From: an uncultured Gemmatimonadaceae bacterium | Lineage (GTDB): Bacteria > Gemmatimonadota > Gemmatimonadetes > Gemmatimonadales > Gemmatimonadaceae | Assembly: GCA_963716745.1 (NCBI GenBank) | Contig: OY970320.1 | Coordinates: 1,408,001-1,472,000, forward strand | Direction of reading: 5' to 3' | Length of the DNA stretch: 64,000 nt | Shown here: one piece after another, positions 40,555 through 52,809 of the stretch | Layout of the letters: every line of letters starts with the position of its first letter | Position numbering within the stretch: position 1 is the stretch's first letter | Program-made: the position numbers and the translations under genes | Notes under the pieces: model-generated | What the model was told of the DNA's origin: nothing | Databases searched by the model: none | What the model saw: the letters and a program-made list of their open reading frames with translations, nothing else

Positions 40555-43053
40555 TTACGGGCAGGCCGCCGCCATCTGCGCCTGCGGGATCGTGATGATC
40601 ACGACACCGAACTGCGTGGCGCCCACCACCACCGTGTTGCCGCCGGGCAGCAGCGCCGCCTTGATCGGGCCGATGACCGGGTCGCGGGTGGGGACGAGCA
40701 TGCAGCGTTGGCCGTTGTTCGTGTTGTAGACCTCGATCTGCGGCTGCGTAGACGATGAGAACATCATCTCCGTACCGCCGGTCGCGCCGGGGCGCGGCTC
40801 GCCGAAATTCTTCGGGTGGAAGTCGATGCCCGCATTGCCGCCTGAAGTCTGCAGCATACCCGTGAGGCGGAGCGTGGCATTGACCATGTAGGTCGAGTCG
40901 GCGCGGATCGCGTTGTTGAGACCATCGAGATTGACCGCCACACCCGAAACCCTGGTGGACGTGTTGGCGATGAAGTCGAGGACGTCCGTCGGCGCCGAGA
41001 TGCCGGCGTCGATCACCGGCACCGGGAGCACGTACGTGTGCCCCTTGTCCGTGAAGGTCGGGATCAGCCCCGGATTGACCGCGTATGTGAGAGCGCGCGC
41101 ATTCGAGAGATTCCCCACGCCGCCGACCTGCCCACCCTCGCCGAACACCGCGTGAGCGAAGTCGCCCGAGTTGCGCGTAAAGGTCGTGTCGCGGAAGCCG
41201 AGCTCGGCGACGCGGAATTGGATCGAGTAGAAGGACGTATCGGGGCCCGTGATGAACGGACCCTGGCGGAAGGGCACGAGGAACACGTGAGCGCCATAGC
41301 CGGCCGACGGGAACCGCTCGATCTCGAGCGTATCCAGGGTACCATTGCCCAACTGACCGATCGCCTGTTCGAAGAAGAAGTGCGAGGTCTGGTTGCTCAG
41401 ATCCTCCCAGCGAATGCTGCCTTGACCCGGGAAGGGGAGCGTCTGCCCGGGGGTCGGCGTCGTGGAGTACGCCAGCAGCACATCGCCGCAGGCGCCGGCA
41501 CCCTTGCACGTGGCCGCGACGTACTGCGGCCGGTCGCTGAAGTCGTAGACCGTGCGGGTCTCGACGATCTGCTGGTTGGCGTTGAGGACCGAAGTCACTT
41601 TGTACGCAATGATGTTCGGCAACGCGTAGCGCTTGAACTCCGCGCCCGCATTGACGTCCACATAGCTGATGTGCGTGGCACCGGAGAGCGCGACGAGCAA
41701 CGTGTCCGACATCGTTCCCGGATTTCCGCCCGCGCCATGATCGAGCGGCCAGGCCGTGATGCCCCACGGCTGGAAGCCGACCGGAATCGCCGGGTGGAAC
41801 GTCGAGTCGCTGAGCGAGAAGACGTCGAGCTCGTTCCGGGTGATGTTCGTGAGGTAGATCGAGTTCGTTGGCGGATGATAGATCCCGTCCGCGACCAGGC
41901 CGCCGTTCGGCAGCGGACGCGTGAGACCCGCCACGACCGTCACCGTATCGAGGCGCACGGGCCCGACCGTGCCCACCGGAATGCGCGCCGTATCCTGCCG
42001 GCCGTTTCCGTTGGTGGCGAACGCCATCACGCGCACCTGCTCCGGGAAGACCGCCACCGGCAGCGCCATGGTAAACGTGTGGATCACCGACGAGAAGTTG
42101 CCGGCAATGATCACCGAGTCCGTTTGCACCAGCGCATTCGCGGGCGGCATCGTGGTGATCTTGTAACCGATCACCTTGATGTTGTTCAGGTCCTTGGCCG
42201 TCACATGGATCGTGTCGGTGGTCTCGATGCGCTTCGTGATCCCGTAATCGACCACCGGGATCGTGTTCGCACCGCCGGTCGCCAGCACGTTGATCGTGAC
42301 GATGTTGCCGACATAGAGCGTGCCCAACGAATCGTACATGAATGGCGTGAGCTGCGCCGCGCCCGCCACCGCGCCCACGAAGCTGATCGACGAATCGACG
42401 CCGGTGGAGTCCTTGAGCGGGCTGTTGAAGACCACGGAGTCGCGCTTGGCCGGGTTGAAGACGCCGCCCGCCTGCTGCACGATCCATCCGAGCGACTTCA
42501 CCTTAATGCCGGACTTGCCGCTGATCGACATGGCGATGCCCGAGCCGATTACGGCGCTGTCGCCGGTGCGGGGCGCCGTGAACCTTACGATCGACGGGCT
42601 GCCGCCGCCCGTGACCATGAGCAGCGTGTCGACGCGCGAGATGTTGTGCGCACCGTCCACCGACTGGCCGAGAATCGTGACCTGCGTTCCGATCGGCACC
42701 GTGGGCGGCACATTGATCATGCAGACGCGGGAGAACGTGGTGACCGCGCTATTGAATGTCGTATCGCAGACCGCGGCGAGCTGGCCCGTTTGGGAGCCGG
42801 CGACGGCATCCACGTGCAGGAGGCCGAGATTGTCGGTCGCCGAGATCGTGAAGGACAGCGACGAGTCGGTCACGGCGCCCGGCGCGAGACTCACTGTGGG
42901 CGGGTTCTTGTCGCTGAGCCCGTTCGTCGCGTCGCTCGAAACGCAGCTCGCGAGCGTGAACGCGAGCGCGACCGCCGCCGCGAGGCGGGCGGCGCGAGGG
43001 CGGCCGGAGGCAAGGGTGCGCGTGTCCATGGACGGCATCATAGGAATTCTCAC
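40555..43053 (-). CDS. Large lipoprotein (Ig-like repeats plus probable beta-propeller) downstream of pilQ
   Basis: Lipobox LASC; repeated xAxDxxG/N Ig-like motifs; IYLTN...LDVF...IPVGFQPWGI YVTN-like blade. Confidence 0.7.
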   Translation of the reverse strand: MRIPMMPSMDTRTLASGRPRAARLAAAVALAFTLASCVSSDATNGLSDKNPPTVSLAPGAVTDSSLSFTISATDNLGLLHVDAVAGSQTGQLAAVCDTTFNSAVTTFSRVCMINVPPTVPIGTQVTILGQSVDGAHNISRVDTLLMVTGGGSPSIVRFTAPRTGDSAVIGSGIAMSISGKSGIKVKSLGWIVQQAGGVFNPAKRDSVVFNSPLKDSTGVDSSISFVGAVAGAAQLTPFMYDSLGTLYVGNIVTINVLATGGANTIPVVDYGITKRIETTDTIHVTAKDLNNIKVIGYKITTMPPANALVQTDSVIIAGNFSSVIHTFTMALPVAVFPEQVRVMAFATNGNGRQDTARIPVGTVGPVRLDTVTVVAGLTRPLPNGGLVADGIYHPPTNSIYLTNITRNELDVFSLSDSTFHPAIPVGFQPWGITAWPLDHGAGGNPGTMSDTLLVALSGATHISYVDVNAGAEFKRYALPNIIAYKVTSVLNANQQIVETRTVYDFSDRPQYVAATCKGAGACGDVLLAYSTTPTPGQTLPFPGQGSIRWEDLSNQTSHFFFEQAIGQLGNGTLDTLEIERFPSAGYGAHVFLVPFRQGPFITGPDTSFYSIQFRVAELGFRDTTFTRNSGDFAHAVFGEGGQVGGVGNLSNARALTYAVNPGLIPTFTDKGHTYVLPVPVIDAGISAPTDVLDFIANTSTRVSGVAVNLDGLNNAIRADSTYMVNATLRLTGMLQTSGGNAGIDFHPKNFGEPRPGATGGTEMMFSSSTQPQIEVYNTNNGQRCMLVPTRDPVIGPIKAALLPGGNTVVVGATQFGVVIITIPQAQMAAACP

Positions 43054-43068
43054 CAGGAAGGCGGCGGC

Positions 43069-45027
43069 TTAGTGTTCGGAGCCCGGCGGGCCAAGAGCCT
43101 CGCCTTCATCCACAATGTGCGGCGTGATCAAGATGATCAGGTCGTTCTTCGTCTCTTCCGTGCGGGTCTCGCCGAACAGCTTGCCGATGAACGGCAGGTC
43201 GACGAGGATCGGAATGCCGGTCTTGTCCTGGAGCACGTGCGAATCGGTGAGGCCGCCAATGACCGCGGTCTCGCCATCGCCCACGAGCACTTCGTTGTCG
43301 GCGCGCTGCTTGTCGATCACGTAGCCGAGGTCGGCCGACGCGGGCGTCACCGTGGAACGCTCGGCGTGCACGACCAGCAGAACCTGCCGGTTGTTCGTGA
43401 TGTGCGGCGTGACCGTGAGGATGATACCGGTCTCCTTGTAGGCGACCGTCGAACGCGGCGCCGTCGCGACCGCACCGCCCGTCGTCAGCGACCCGACGTC
43501 GACGATACGGATCGGGATCTCCTGTCCGGACATGATCTCGGCCTTCTTGTTGTCGAGCGTCACGACGCTCGGCTCCGCCTGGACGTCGGCGAGCCGCGTT
43601 TCCTGGAGCGCGTCGATGAAGGCCGTGAGGTTGAACTTGCCGATCGTGGTGGTGAAGAGCAGCTGCAGCGCCGGGTTCACCACGCGCTGGTTGGCGTTGG
43701 TGATCAGCGCGAGCGAATTGCCGCCGATGTCCACCACCGTCTGGTTCGTCGGATAGCCCTTCGCCGAGACCCCGTCCGGAACGCCGTCGCCGTTCGTGTC
43801 CACCGGCTGGAAGGTGGACGGGTCGGGGCGCTGGACGAGCTTATTGAAGAACGTGCTGGCCGTTCCGAGGTCGTACGAGACGCCAATGTCCTGGATGCTC
43901 GTGCGATCGACCTCGATGATCTTGGCCTTGATCGCGACCTGCGGCGTGCGAACGTCGAGGTCGCGGATGTAATTGATCATGTCGAGAAGGCGCGAGCCGA
44001 CGTCGGTCACGATGAGCCGGTTGGACGCGGAGTCAAAGGACACATCGCCGCGCGAGGTGCAGCCGGAATTGCCGTAGCCCGGGCTGTTCTGGACGGTGCC
44101 CGAGTTGGAGCTGCCGTAGCCGAGGCCCGCGCACTCCTTGGAGAGCAATCCCTTCACCGAGGGCAGGAGCGAGGACGCGCGCGCATAGTTGAGCGAGATC
44201 ATCTGCGTGGTGAGCGGCTCGGACGCCTGCTGCTTGCCGAGGTTATCGAAGGAGTCGACCGTGATGATGCCGTCGGCGTCTTCCTTCGCGGCCAGGCCCT
44301 GCGACTGCAGGATGGCGCGGAGGGCGACGTCCCACGGCTGGTCGCGCACTTCGGCGGTGACGGTCCCCGTGACGCCCTTGCCGACCACGATCGTGCGGCC
44401 GGAGAAGAGCGCGAAGGCGGCGATGACGTCGCGGATATCGGCGTCGACGTAGGTGACGGTGATGCGCGGCTGCGAGGAGCTGGAGACGAAGTTGGACTGA
44501 CGGGCGGCCTTGACGTTCGCGTGGCCGCCGAGGATGCGGTCGGCGCCGCCCGACGCGTAGTTCGCGGCGGGCGCGGCGGCGATCGACGGCGAGGTGGCCC
44601 ACGTGCCGAAGCTGCCGGCCGAGACGCCATCAATAGTAAGGCGCACGTCATCGGCGCCGCGCTTCAGCGTGTATTTGTGGTCGCCATCGAGTTCGATGAC
44701 CACGCGCACGACGTCGTCGCGGTACTGCGCGATGCGAATGTTCGTGATCCCGCCGCGCGGCACCTTGTCGTAGAGACGCGACGTGCCGGTGAAGGTGGCA
44801 CCCTTGAGGTCGAGGATGATGCGGGCTGGTGAGGCGAGCGCAAAATCCGAGACGTCGACGGAGCCGTCAACGGCGATGACCACTTCGGCGCGACCCGAAG
44901 CGGGAACGATGCTGAGGGCGCGTACCTCGCCGCCCTTGGCTGCATCAGTCGTTGCGTCGCGGGGATTGGGCGTTTTGAAGCCCATCGTCACCACGGCGAT
45001 CCCTACCAGCGTCCAGATGCGGCTCAT
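43069..45027 (-). CDS. pilQ: Type IV pilus secretin PilQ (AMIN, N domains, secretin)
   Basis: RIAQY..DVVRVVIEL, DADIRDV, DQPWD.AL, LDVRTPQVAIKAKIIE, GETAVIGGL, GIPILVDLPFIGKLF. Confidence 0.93.
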   Translation of the reverse strand: MSRIWTLVGIAVVTMGFKTPNPRDATTDAAKGGEVRALSIVPASGRAEVVIAVDGSVDVSDFALASPARIILDLKGATFTGTSRLYDKVPRGGITNIRIAQYRDDVVRVVIELDGDHKYTLKRGADDVRLTIDGVSAGSFGTWATSPSIAAAPAANYASGGADRILGGHANVKAARQSNFVSSSSQPRITVTYVDADIRDVIAAFALFSGRTIVVGKGVTGTVTAEVRDQPWDVALRAILQSQGLAAKEDADGIITVDSFDNLGKQQASEPLTTQMISLNYARASSLLPSVKGLLSKECAGLGYGSSNSGTVQNSPGYGNSGCTSRGDVSFDSASNRLIVTDVGSRLLDMINYIRDLDVRTPQVAIKAKIIEVDRTSIQDIGVSYDLGTASTFFNKLVQRPDPSTFQPVDTNGDGVPDGVSAKGYPTNQTVVDIGGNSLALITNANQRVVNPALQLLFTTTIGKFNLTAFIDALQETRLADVQAEPSVVTLDNKKAEIMSGQEIPIRIVDVGSLTTGGAVATAPRSTVAYKETGIILTVTPHITNNRQVLLVVHAERSTVTPASADLGYVIDKQRADNEVLVGDGETAVIGGLTDSHVLQDKTGIPILVDLPFIGKLFGETRTEETKNDLIILITPHIVDEGEALGPPGSEH

Positions 45028-45794
45028 TGCGCCCTCGCGGTCGTCGTTGCGTTCATCCCTAGCGCTTCCTGTCGAGTCATACCGATCTCTTCGATCGTGA
45101 AGATCACTTGCTGCGGACGGATCTGGTTCACGCGCATCCGGCCGAGTGTCTGGCCAACCTTCACCCGGTACTGTTCCTTGGTCTGCAGGTCGCGCAGAAT
45201 AGCGACGCTCCGACCCTGCGGGTCGTAAATCACGGCGACGAGGCGAAGGTCGGAGACCATTGGCCGGAGGTCGCCCGTGCGCATGAGCGAAAGGAACGGA
45301 TCGCGGCGGTTATCGGCCTGGTAGGTGAAGGTCTCCCGGAGGAGCGAGATCTCAGACTTGCCGCCGCGTTGCGAGACCGAGCTGGACTGGTCGGGCGCGG
45401 GGGCGGGCGCGGCGGGCGCCGGTGCGGCCTTGGCGCCCTTGGCCTGAGTGGTCGTTTGTGCGGTCGTGGCCGCGCCCTTGGCTGGCGCGGGGGCTGGCGG
45501 CACTACTGTCGGCTTGCTGGCCTGTTGCTGCGCAGGGGCAGCGGCAGGCCGCGGGGCCGGCGCCTGAGCCGTCGTTTTCGTGTACGGCGTTGCCGTGGGC
45601 TGCGCGGCCGACTGCGGTGGCGGCGCGCCGGTATTCTGCTCCGCCTGGATATGCTGATTGGTCGCCGCGGCCGCGTTCGTAGCCGCGGTCTTCGGCGCCG
45701 TGATGTTCGGCATCGACTGCGCGGCGGCGTTCATGCCGGCGGCAGAGATCGCGGCGGAGGCCGCGAGCGCGACGATACGGATGCGTGCGCTCAT
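45024..45794 (-). CDS. PilP-like protein with Pro/Ala-rich linker
   Basis: Y....RRDPF, LRLVAVI, AIL, YRVKVGQTLG; between pilO and pilQ. Confidence 0.75.
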   Translation of the reverse strand: MSARIRIVALAASAAISAAGMNAAAQSMPNITAPKTAATNAAAATNQHIQAEQNTGAPPPQSAAQPTATPYTKTTAQAPAPRPAAAPAQQQASKPTVVPPAPAPAKGAATTAQTTTQAKGAKAAPAPAAPAPAPDQSSSVSQRGGKSEISLLRETFTYQADNRRDPFLSLMRTGDLRPMVSDLRLVAVIYDPQGRSVAILRDLQTKEQYRVKVGQTLGRMRVNQIRPQQVIFTIEEIGMTRQEALGMNATTTARAQ

Positions 45795-46423
45795 TTCTTG
45801 GCTCCGCTCTTCTTGGGACCGGGTTGATCCATGTTCTGCGGCTTGGCGACGAACGTCTGAAGCTCGAAGCGCGCCTCGACCACGGCGTCGTCCGACGTCT
45901 TGCGCGTCGCCTTCGACAGATTCGGATTCGTCGGCGCGGCGAGCGACAAATTCACGGGCAGGATGATGCGGGTCAGGTTGCCGACGTTGGCGAAGAACTC
46001 GCCCAGCGCGTTGTAGCCGCCCACGACGGTCATCTTGTAGCGGTAGGTGTCGTAGTTCTCGCCCTCGATGACCGCCTGCGGATCGACCGCGGACACGTCG
46101 AGGCCGGCGCGACGCGCGGCGGTGGAGACTTGCTCGAGCAGTGACGGCACCTCGTTGCCCACAGGCACGAGGGTGCGGATGAGCACGAGGTTCTGCTGAT
46201 ATTCGGCGAGTTGGCGCCGCAGCTGGTCGAGGCTCCCCTTGGTCATCTCCGACTTCGCCTTCTCATTCACGGAGAGGAGGCGCTCGAGCTGCTCGCGCTT
46301 CGCCTGGATCTCGTTCGCTTTGGGCCGGTACACGTAGTACCAGTCGACGGCGATGAGCAGGATGGCGAGCACGCCCACGAGGGTCATGACCTGTTCGCGC
46401 TGTCCCTTCGGAGGAAAGGCCAT
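45791..46423 (-). CDS. pilO: Type IV pilus alignment protein PilO
   Basis: TM plus coiled coil, LVP..NEVPSLLEQVS..A..AGL, GGYNALGEFF..V.NLTRII. Confidence 0.9.
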   Translation of the reverse strand: MAFPPKGQREQVMTLVGVLAILLIAVDWYYVYRPKANEIQAKREQLERLLSVNEKAKSEMTKGSLDQLRRQLAEYQQNLVLIRTLVPVGNEVPSLLEQVSTAARRAGLDVSAVDPQAVIEGENYDTYRYKMTVVGGYNALGEFFANVGNLTRIILPVNLSLAAPTNPNLSKATRKTSDDAVVEARFELQTFVAKPQNMDQPGPKKSGAKK

Positions 46424-46425
46424 GG

Positions 46426-47172
46426 CTACCTCACCGCAAGTGAAACGGGTACGGTCTTGATCGCCGACGGGTCAGGCGTCTGGTAGAACGCCGTGAGCGT
46501 GAACTCGGTGACCTCTTTGCCGTCGATGAGAATGATCGACGACTTGTCGAGCTGGACGTTCTCGAGGAAGGGTGACGCCTCGAGGAGCTTCATGAAGCGC
46601 GTGAGCGCCTGGATATCGACGGTGTTGCCGATGATGCGGAGCCGCACGCGGGGCACGGTGCTGCTGTCCACCTCGGGCAGCTTGGCCGGACCGGCCTTCG
46701 GCGCCCCGGCTGCGGCGCCGGGCGGCGTGGCCGACGTGACGGGCGAGCTCGAGTTCGTCTGCTGCACCTGGGTGATCCACGTATACGGCGGCAGCGCGCG
46801 GCTGATCTCGTCCATGATGTGGGGCCAAACGAAGCGCTTGTTGTCGAAGCTCTTGATGAGCTCGACCTGGCGCACGACGGAATCCCGCTCGGCCTCGGCG
46901 CGCCGCTTCTCGCGGATCACGCCGGTGAAGCGCGTGGAGTCGCTGACCGCGCTCTGGAGGCGAGTGTCGAGGTCGGCCGCTTGGCCGCGCTGCCACCACA
47001 TCGCGCCGGCGATCACCGCGGCCGATACGACGACGGCCCCCAACATGCCGATGAGGTAGGGATCCTTGACCTTGCTGACGATGCCCGCGGCGGCGCCGGC
47101 GAAGTCGACGCCGGGTCCGCTGCGACCACGAGCTTTCGCGGTGGTGCCAGGAAGTAGATTGATCTCAATCAT
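46426..47172 (-). CDS. pilN: Type IV pilus alignment protein PilN
   Basis: IEINLLP motif, WPHIMDEISRALPPYTWIT, FMKLLEASPFL. Confidence 0.9.
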   Translation of the reverse strand: MIEINLLPGTTAKARGRSGPGVDFAGAAAGIVSKVKDPYLIGMLGAVVVSAAVIAGAMWWQRGQAADLDTRLQSAVSDSTRFTGVIREKRRAEAERDSVVRQVELIKSFDNKRFVWPHIMDEISRALPPYTWITQVQQTNSSSPVTSATPPGAAAGAPKAGPAKLPEVDSSTVPRVRLRIIGNTVDIQALTRFMKLLEASPFLENVQLDKSSIILIDGKEVTEFTLTAFYQTPDPSAIKTVPVSLAVR

Positions 47173-47193
47173 GTCGCGACCTTGTCAGTTGGG

Positions 47194-48238
47194 TCAGGCG
47201 ACCTGGCGGAGCGCCAGTCCGATGGGCAGCATCAGCAGCGGAGCGACTTCATCCATGACGAGCGATTCAAAAGCGCCGTCACGTACTCGCAAGCGCTGCA
47301 ACGGGGTAGCCATTGTCACGGGAATGCGAAGCCGCGCCGCGAGCGCCTCGGTAAGACCGGGGACGCGGGCGCCGCCGCCGCACGTGTACGCGGCCTTGAG
47401 CTTCGCCGCCGAACGGGACGAGCTCGCGAGGAACGCGGCCGCGCGCTCGATGCCGACAGCAAGCTCTTCGCCGCGCGTTTCGGTGATCGACTGCGAGGTG
47501 CGGCGAGCGCTCGAAGCCCTGGAGCAGACCGTCGGCCTCCTCCGCGCTCAGTCCGCGCTCGCGCTGCAGATCCTCGCGGAAGCGGCGCGTGCCCACCGAG
47601 ATGTCGCGGGTGAGCAGCGGCACGCCGTCGTCGAGGATGTTGATGTTCGTGACTTCGTGGCCGATGTTCACGAGGCAGACCACGCCGCTCATCGCTTCGG
47701 GGTAGTTCACCTCGAACGCGTTGTGGAGCGCGAAGGCGTCCACGTCCACGATGGTCGGCTGGACCTCGGCGTCCACCAGCAGCCGGATCTTGCCCTCGAT
47801 GAGGTCGCGCTTGGCGGCCACGAGGAGCACGCTCATCTCGAGGCCATCGGCGTCGGGATCGAGGATCTGGAAATCGAGCTCGACCGACTCCATGTCGAAG
47901 GGCACGTGCTGCTCCGCTTCCCAGCGGATCAGTTCGCGCGCCTGCTGTTCCTTCACACGGTCGATCTGGATCTTCTTGATGATCACGTCGCGGCCGCCCA
48001 CGGCGGTAACGACCGACTTCCCCTTCGCGCCCGTGCTGCCGAGCGCGGTGCGGATCGCATCGGCCACGATCCCTGGATCCATCACTTCGCCTTCGACGAT
48101 CGCATCCGCGAGCAACGGCGCGATGCCGACTCGCACGAGCTCGGGCTCCGAGCGGCTGTGATCCACGACTGCGACCTTGATGAGACCGGATCCAATGTCC
48201 AGGCCGATCGTCGTCTTCTTCTTGCCGAAGAGCGCCAT
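47194..48238 (-). CDS. pilM: Type IV pilus assembly protein PilM; apparent frameshift ~47490
   Basis: IGLDIGSGLIKV, WEAEQHVPF, VLLVAAK, VDVDAFAL, NIGHE.T; C-terminus CGGGARVPGL...GLALRQVA in another frame. Confidence 0.92.
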
Positions 48239-48440
48239 GTGAGGGGCCGAGGTTGGTGGAAGCGAAAACGCACGCGTTGATGCGCGCGCCAATGAACACG
48301 AATACGAGCCGACACCGAACTTCGACCGACCGGTGCCAAGGCGTTATCGCTTATCACACGAGCCGGGCGGGCTAAAGTAACGCGTGATGTCGGAACGCCA
48401 TCTCGTTTCGTGAGAGCAAGCAAGGCACGCCGCGGTCCGC

Positions 48441-48875
48441 TCACGGCATCGGCGTCCATGAGTGGGAGGCCGCGCGAACTGCGTGCTGAGCGGAGTCGAG
48501 CTGGACGAACAATGAGAGGCGGGCGCGCGCCGCGAGTGCGGGCGGTCCGGCGGCGCGCGACTCCACGAGAAGCAGGAAACTGCCGGGCGCGAGCCGCACG
48601 ATGAGTACCGTGTGGGTGATGCCGCCGCCGGCGTGCGCGCGAACCGCCACGAGACCCGGTGCGCCGGCTGCCGACCACGCGCTGTCCCACTCGGCGGGAG
48701 TGGTGGCGAGCGTGAGAGCACGTTCGGCTCGCGCCATGGCTCCCGCCCGTGCCACTGCCCCGGCTGCATCGCGCATCGCCTGCCCCGCCGCCATCACCGC
48801 GCCGGCGGCGATCGCGCCCGCGACCACGAGCGCGGCGAGCACCATCGCGAGGGCCATGCCGCGGCGCCGGTTCAT
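48441..48875 (-). CDS. Small PilX-like prepilin (second minor-pilin set)
   Basis: RRRG|MALAMVLAALVV without Glu5; A...AE motif. Confidence 0.6.
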   Translation of the reverse strand: MNRRRGMALAMVLAALVVAGAIAAGAVMAAGQAMRDAAGAVARAGAMARAERALTLATTPAEWDSAWSAAGAPGLVAVRAHAGGGITHTVLIVRLAPGSFLLLVESRAAGPPALAARARLSLFVQLDSAQHAVRAASHSWTPMP

Positions 48876-48879
48876 GGCG

Positions 48880-49751
48880 TTAGTTGCGGAGCGCGATGGA
48901 CGCGCTAGCGGAGTCGCGCACCGCCGCGCCGGCCGGTGAGGCCCCGGACGCGGATGAATTGACGGTGACGATGATGCTCGCGACCGCCGCGGGCGGAGCG
49001 GCGGCGCCGAGCGAATCGACATAGGAAAAGCGAATGCCGGCCGCGTCGTACGGGCCGCTGACGGGTTGCACGATGGAGCACGGCGTCGCGCGGGTGGAAA
49101 GGCAATCGAAGAAACCGAGATACCATTTGGCGTCGGCGGCGCGATAGAGTTCGAACCGCGCGCGCCGGACGAAGCGGACGGCGGCGCCGGGGTCCACTGC
49201 GGGGGCGAGCGGCGGCGAGAAACGGATGCTCCATCCTTCCGCCGCCTCCGCAGGACTCGCGGTGAAGCCGCTCGTCTCGGGGCACGCGAGCGCCGCTCGA
49301 CGGATCGGAGGTGAGCACATGCCGGTCCCAGCGATCATCGGCGGGTCCGGGTCCGCCGGGATCGAACACCAGCATGGTATCACCGTCATTGGGTGCGGCG
49401 ACCCAACTCGTGAGCCCGAGCGCCGACACGTCGACGCAGCGGCGGGAGCACCGCGGCGTCGCGCGATGCGGCGATGGTGCACAGCACCGACGCGCCGATC
49501 AGCATGCGGAACTCGACGTGATCGGGCGCGGTGGCGTACAAGTCGCCATCGGCCGCCGACAGGGCGCGCAGGTCGGCGGAGAGCACATCCACGGCCTGGC
49601 GCACGGCGGCGTGCGCGATGGCCGCGCGCGCATCCGCGGCGTAGAAGCGCTGCTGCCGCACGGCAGAATCCATCACCGCGGCGCCGATCGCGCAGGCGAG
49701 CACCACGGCGACGAGCAGCTCGACGAGGGAGAAGCCGCGTGGTACTAGCAC
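48880..49751 (-). CDS. PilW-like prepilin (second set); apparent frameshifts ~49435 and ~49290
   Basis: PRG|FSLVELLVAVVL, LSADLR, RFELYRAADAKWYLG, QPVSGPY, IRFSYVD, IALRN. Confidence 0.7.
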
Positions 49752-50113
49752 GGGAACGCACTCTCCAGCACGAAAACCACCGGCGCGCGGCCAGCCGTCG
49801 TGGGGACGCTCACGCTGTCCTGCGCCGTGGTGGCTCCATTCGCGGTGACGGTGGTCCACCGGTCGATGATGCCGTTCGTCGCCGACACGCCGGACGTGCG
49901 CGCGGCGCAGGGTCGGCTGCGCAGTTCTTCAAGCCGCGACCAGGCGATGGCGGCGGCGCGCGCACGCTGCACGCCCGCGGCGCCGAGGCGTTCCACAGCG
50001 AGTTCGGTGCCGGCGAGGCCGAGCAGTCCTACCGAGAAGAGCGTGATGGCAACGAGACATTCCGCGAGCGTGAAGCCGGCGGCGGTGCGGCGGAGTTGAT
50101 GGCGATGGGGCAC
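49745..50113 (-). CDS. PilV-like prepilin (second set)
   Basis: AAG|FTLAECLVAITLFSVGLLGLA, RLEELRS. Confidence 0.75.
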   Translation of the reverse strand: MPHRHQLRRTAAGFTLAECLVAITLFSVGLLGLAGTELAVERLGAAGVQRARAAAIAWSRLEELRSRPCAARTSGVSATNGIIDRWTTVTANGATTAQDSVSVPTTAGRAPVVFVLESAFPC

Positions 50114-50209
50114 GGGCGCCTGCTGGTGAGGGGCGCCGGCAATCTGCTTCGGGTCGTGCTCGGCTGTGTCACCCGTCCGTCTCGCGACGGAGCGGAACAT
50201 CGCGCGCGC

Positions 50210-51555
<1,346 letters not shown>

Positions 51556-51559
<4 letters not shown>

Positions 51560-52809
51560 GTGCTCTCGATCGCGGCCATCGTCGCGGGGGTGGGATCGAC
51601 GCCGCCCTCGGGCACGGGCAGATAGATCATGAACGCCGCGCCGCCCTCGCGCGCCTGGCGCACCCAGATCGTGCCGCCCATGCCTTCGATGATGCGCGAG
51701 ACGATGGCGAGGCCGAGACCCGTGCCCTTGTTCGGATCCTTCGTGGTGAAGAAGGGATCGAACACGCGCTCGGTGTCGGTGAGCGGCACGCCCGGACCGT
51801 TGTCGGACACAATCACCTTGATGATCCGCGTCGGCTCGCCCACGGTATTGAGCCACGCGCGAACGCGCGCGCTCTGTTCGCGCACCATCTGCACGCCGGT
51901 CGGGTCATCGCCGCGGCGCGTGCCGTCGCCGAAGATGTCGTTGAACGCGACGCACTGGGTCACGAACCAGATCTCGCCCTTGCCGTTCAGCGCGTCCACG
52001 CCATTGAGGAGCAAGTTCACGAAGACCTGCTCCATCTCGTGGCGGTCGCCGCTGAGCGCGGGGAGATCGTCGCCGAACGCGGTGTGCAGCTGCGTGCCGC
52101 GCAGGGCGCCCTGGTCGCGCAGCATGTCGGCGGCGCGTTTGGCGACGGCACTGATGTCCACCGCGCCGGTGGTGCGGCGGCGGGGGCGCGCGTATTCGAG
52201 CATTCCGCGCATGATCCGATCGATGCGCGCGCTCTCGCGTTCAATGCCGGCGAGCGCGTCCGCCGCCTCGGAACCGGGAGCGGCCGACTGATGCAGGAGA
52301 TGCGTGTAGCCGTTGATCGCGCCGAGCGGATTGCCGATCTCATGCGCCACGCCGGCGGCGAGGCGGCCGACGCTCGCCACTTTCTCCAGGTGTGTGCGCT
52401 GCGCCTGCTCCTCGAGGATGCGCGCGGTCATGCGGTTGACGCTGCGCGACAGGCGGGCGAACTCGCGGTTGCTTCCTTTGGGCGCACGCCGCGAGAGGTC
52501 GCCGTTGGCGATCGCTTCCGTCGTGTCCACGATCTCATCGAGGGGGTCGAGCACGAGACCCTGGATCTTGTACGCGCCGAACGCGACGAAGAGCACGATG
52601 TCCGCGATGAAGAGCAGGCCGAGGTAGATCGCGCCGTTCCTCGTCATGATGATGCTCTCGAGCACCACCACGTTCAGCGCGGCGAGCGACAGCGCCGCGG
52701 TGCCGAGGACCGCGAGATTGAGCATCATCTCGGTCTTCAGCGAGGTGAAGAGCTGGAACTTGCCCAGGTCGGGCGCGCTCGAGAGTTCGGTGCGGCGTGG
52801 TTCGGTCAT
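51556..52809 (-). CDS. HAMP-containing sensor histidine kinase
   Basis: 2 TM, HAMP, AHEIGNPL, NLLLNG.DA, DNGPG, FFTTK..GTGLGL. Confidence 0.92.

Noticed and set aside
41038..44832. Very long opposite-strand ORFs (1264 aa here; also 24123-26969, 35983-38163, 49226-51625, 18-1460)
   Set aside because: Antisense shadows of real high-GC genes; no motifs and Arg/Ala/Gly-biased composition
1798..49751. Frameshifts in the M1 peptidase, atpI/Z, BTAD-AAA, pilV/pilW, trmFO, pilM and second pilW as pseudogenes or programmed frameshifts
   Set aside because: They are scattered through otherwise intact conserved genes, with no in-frame stops or slippery motifs seen; most consistent with long-read indel errors. 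Read-level polishing would decide.
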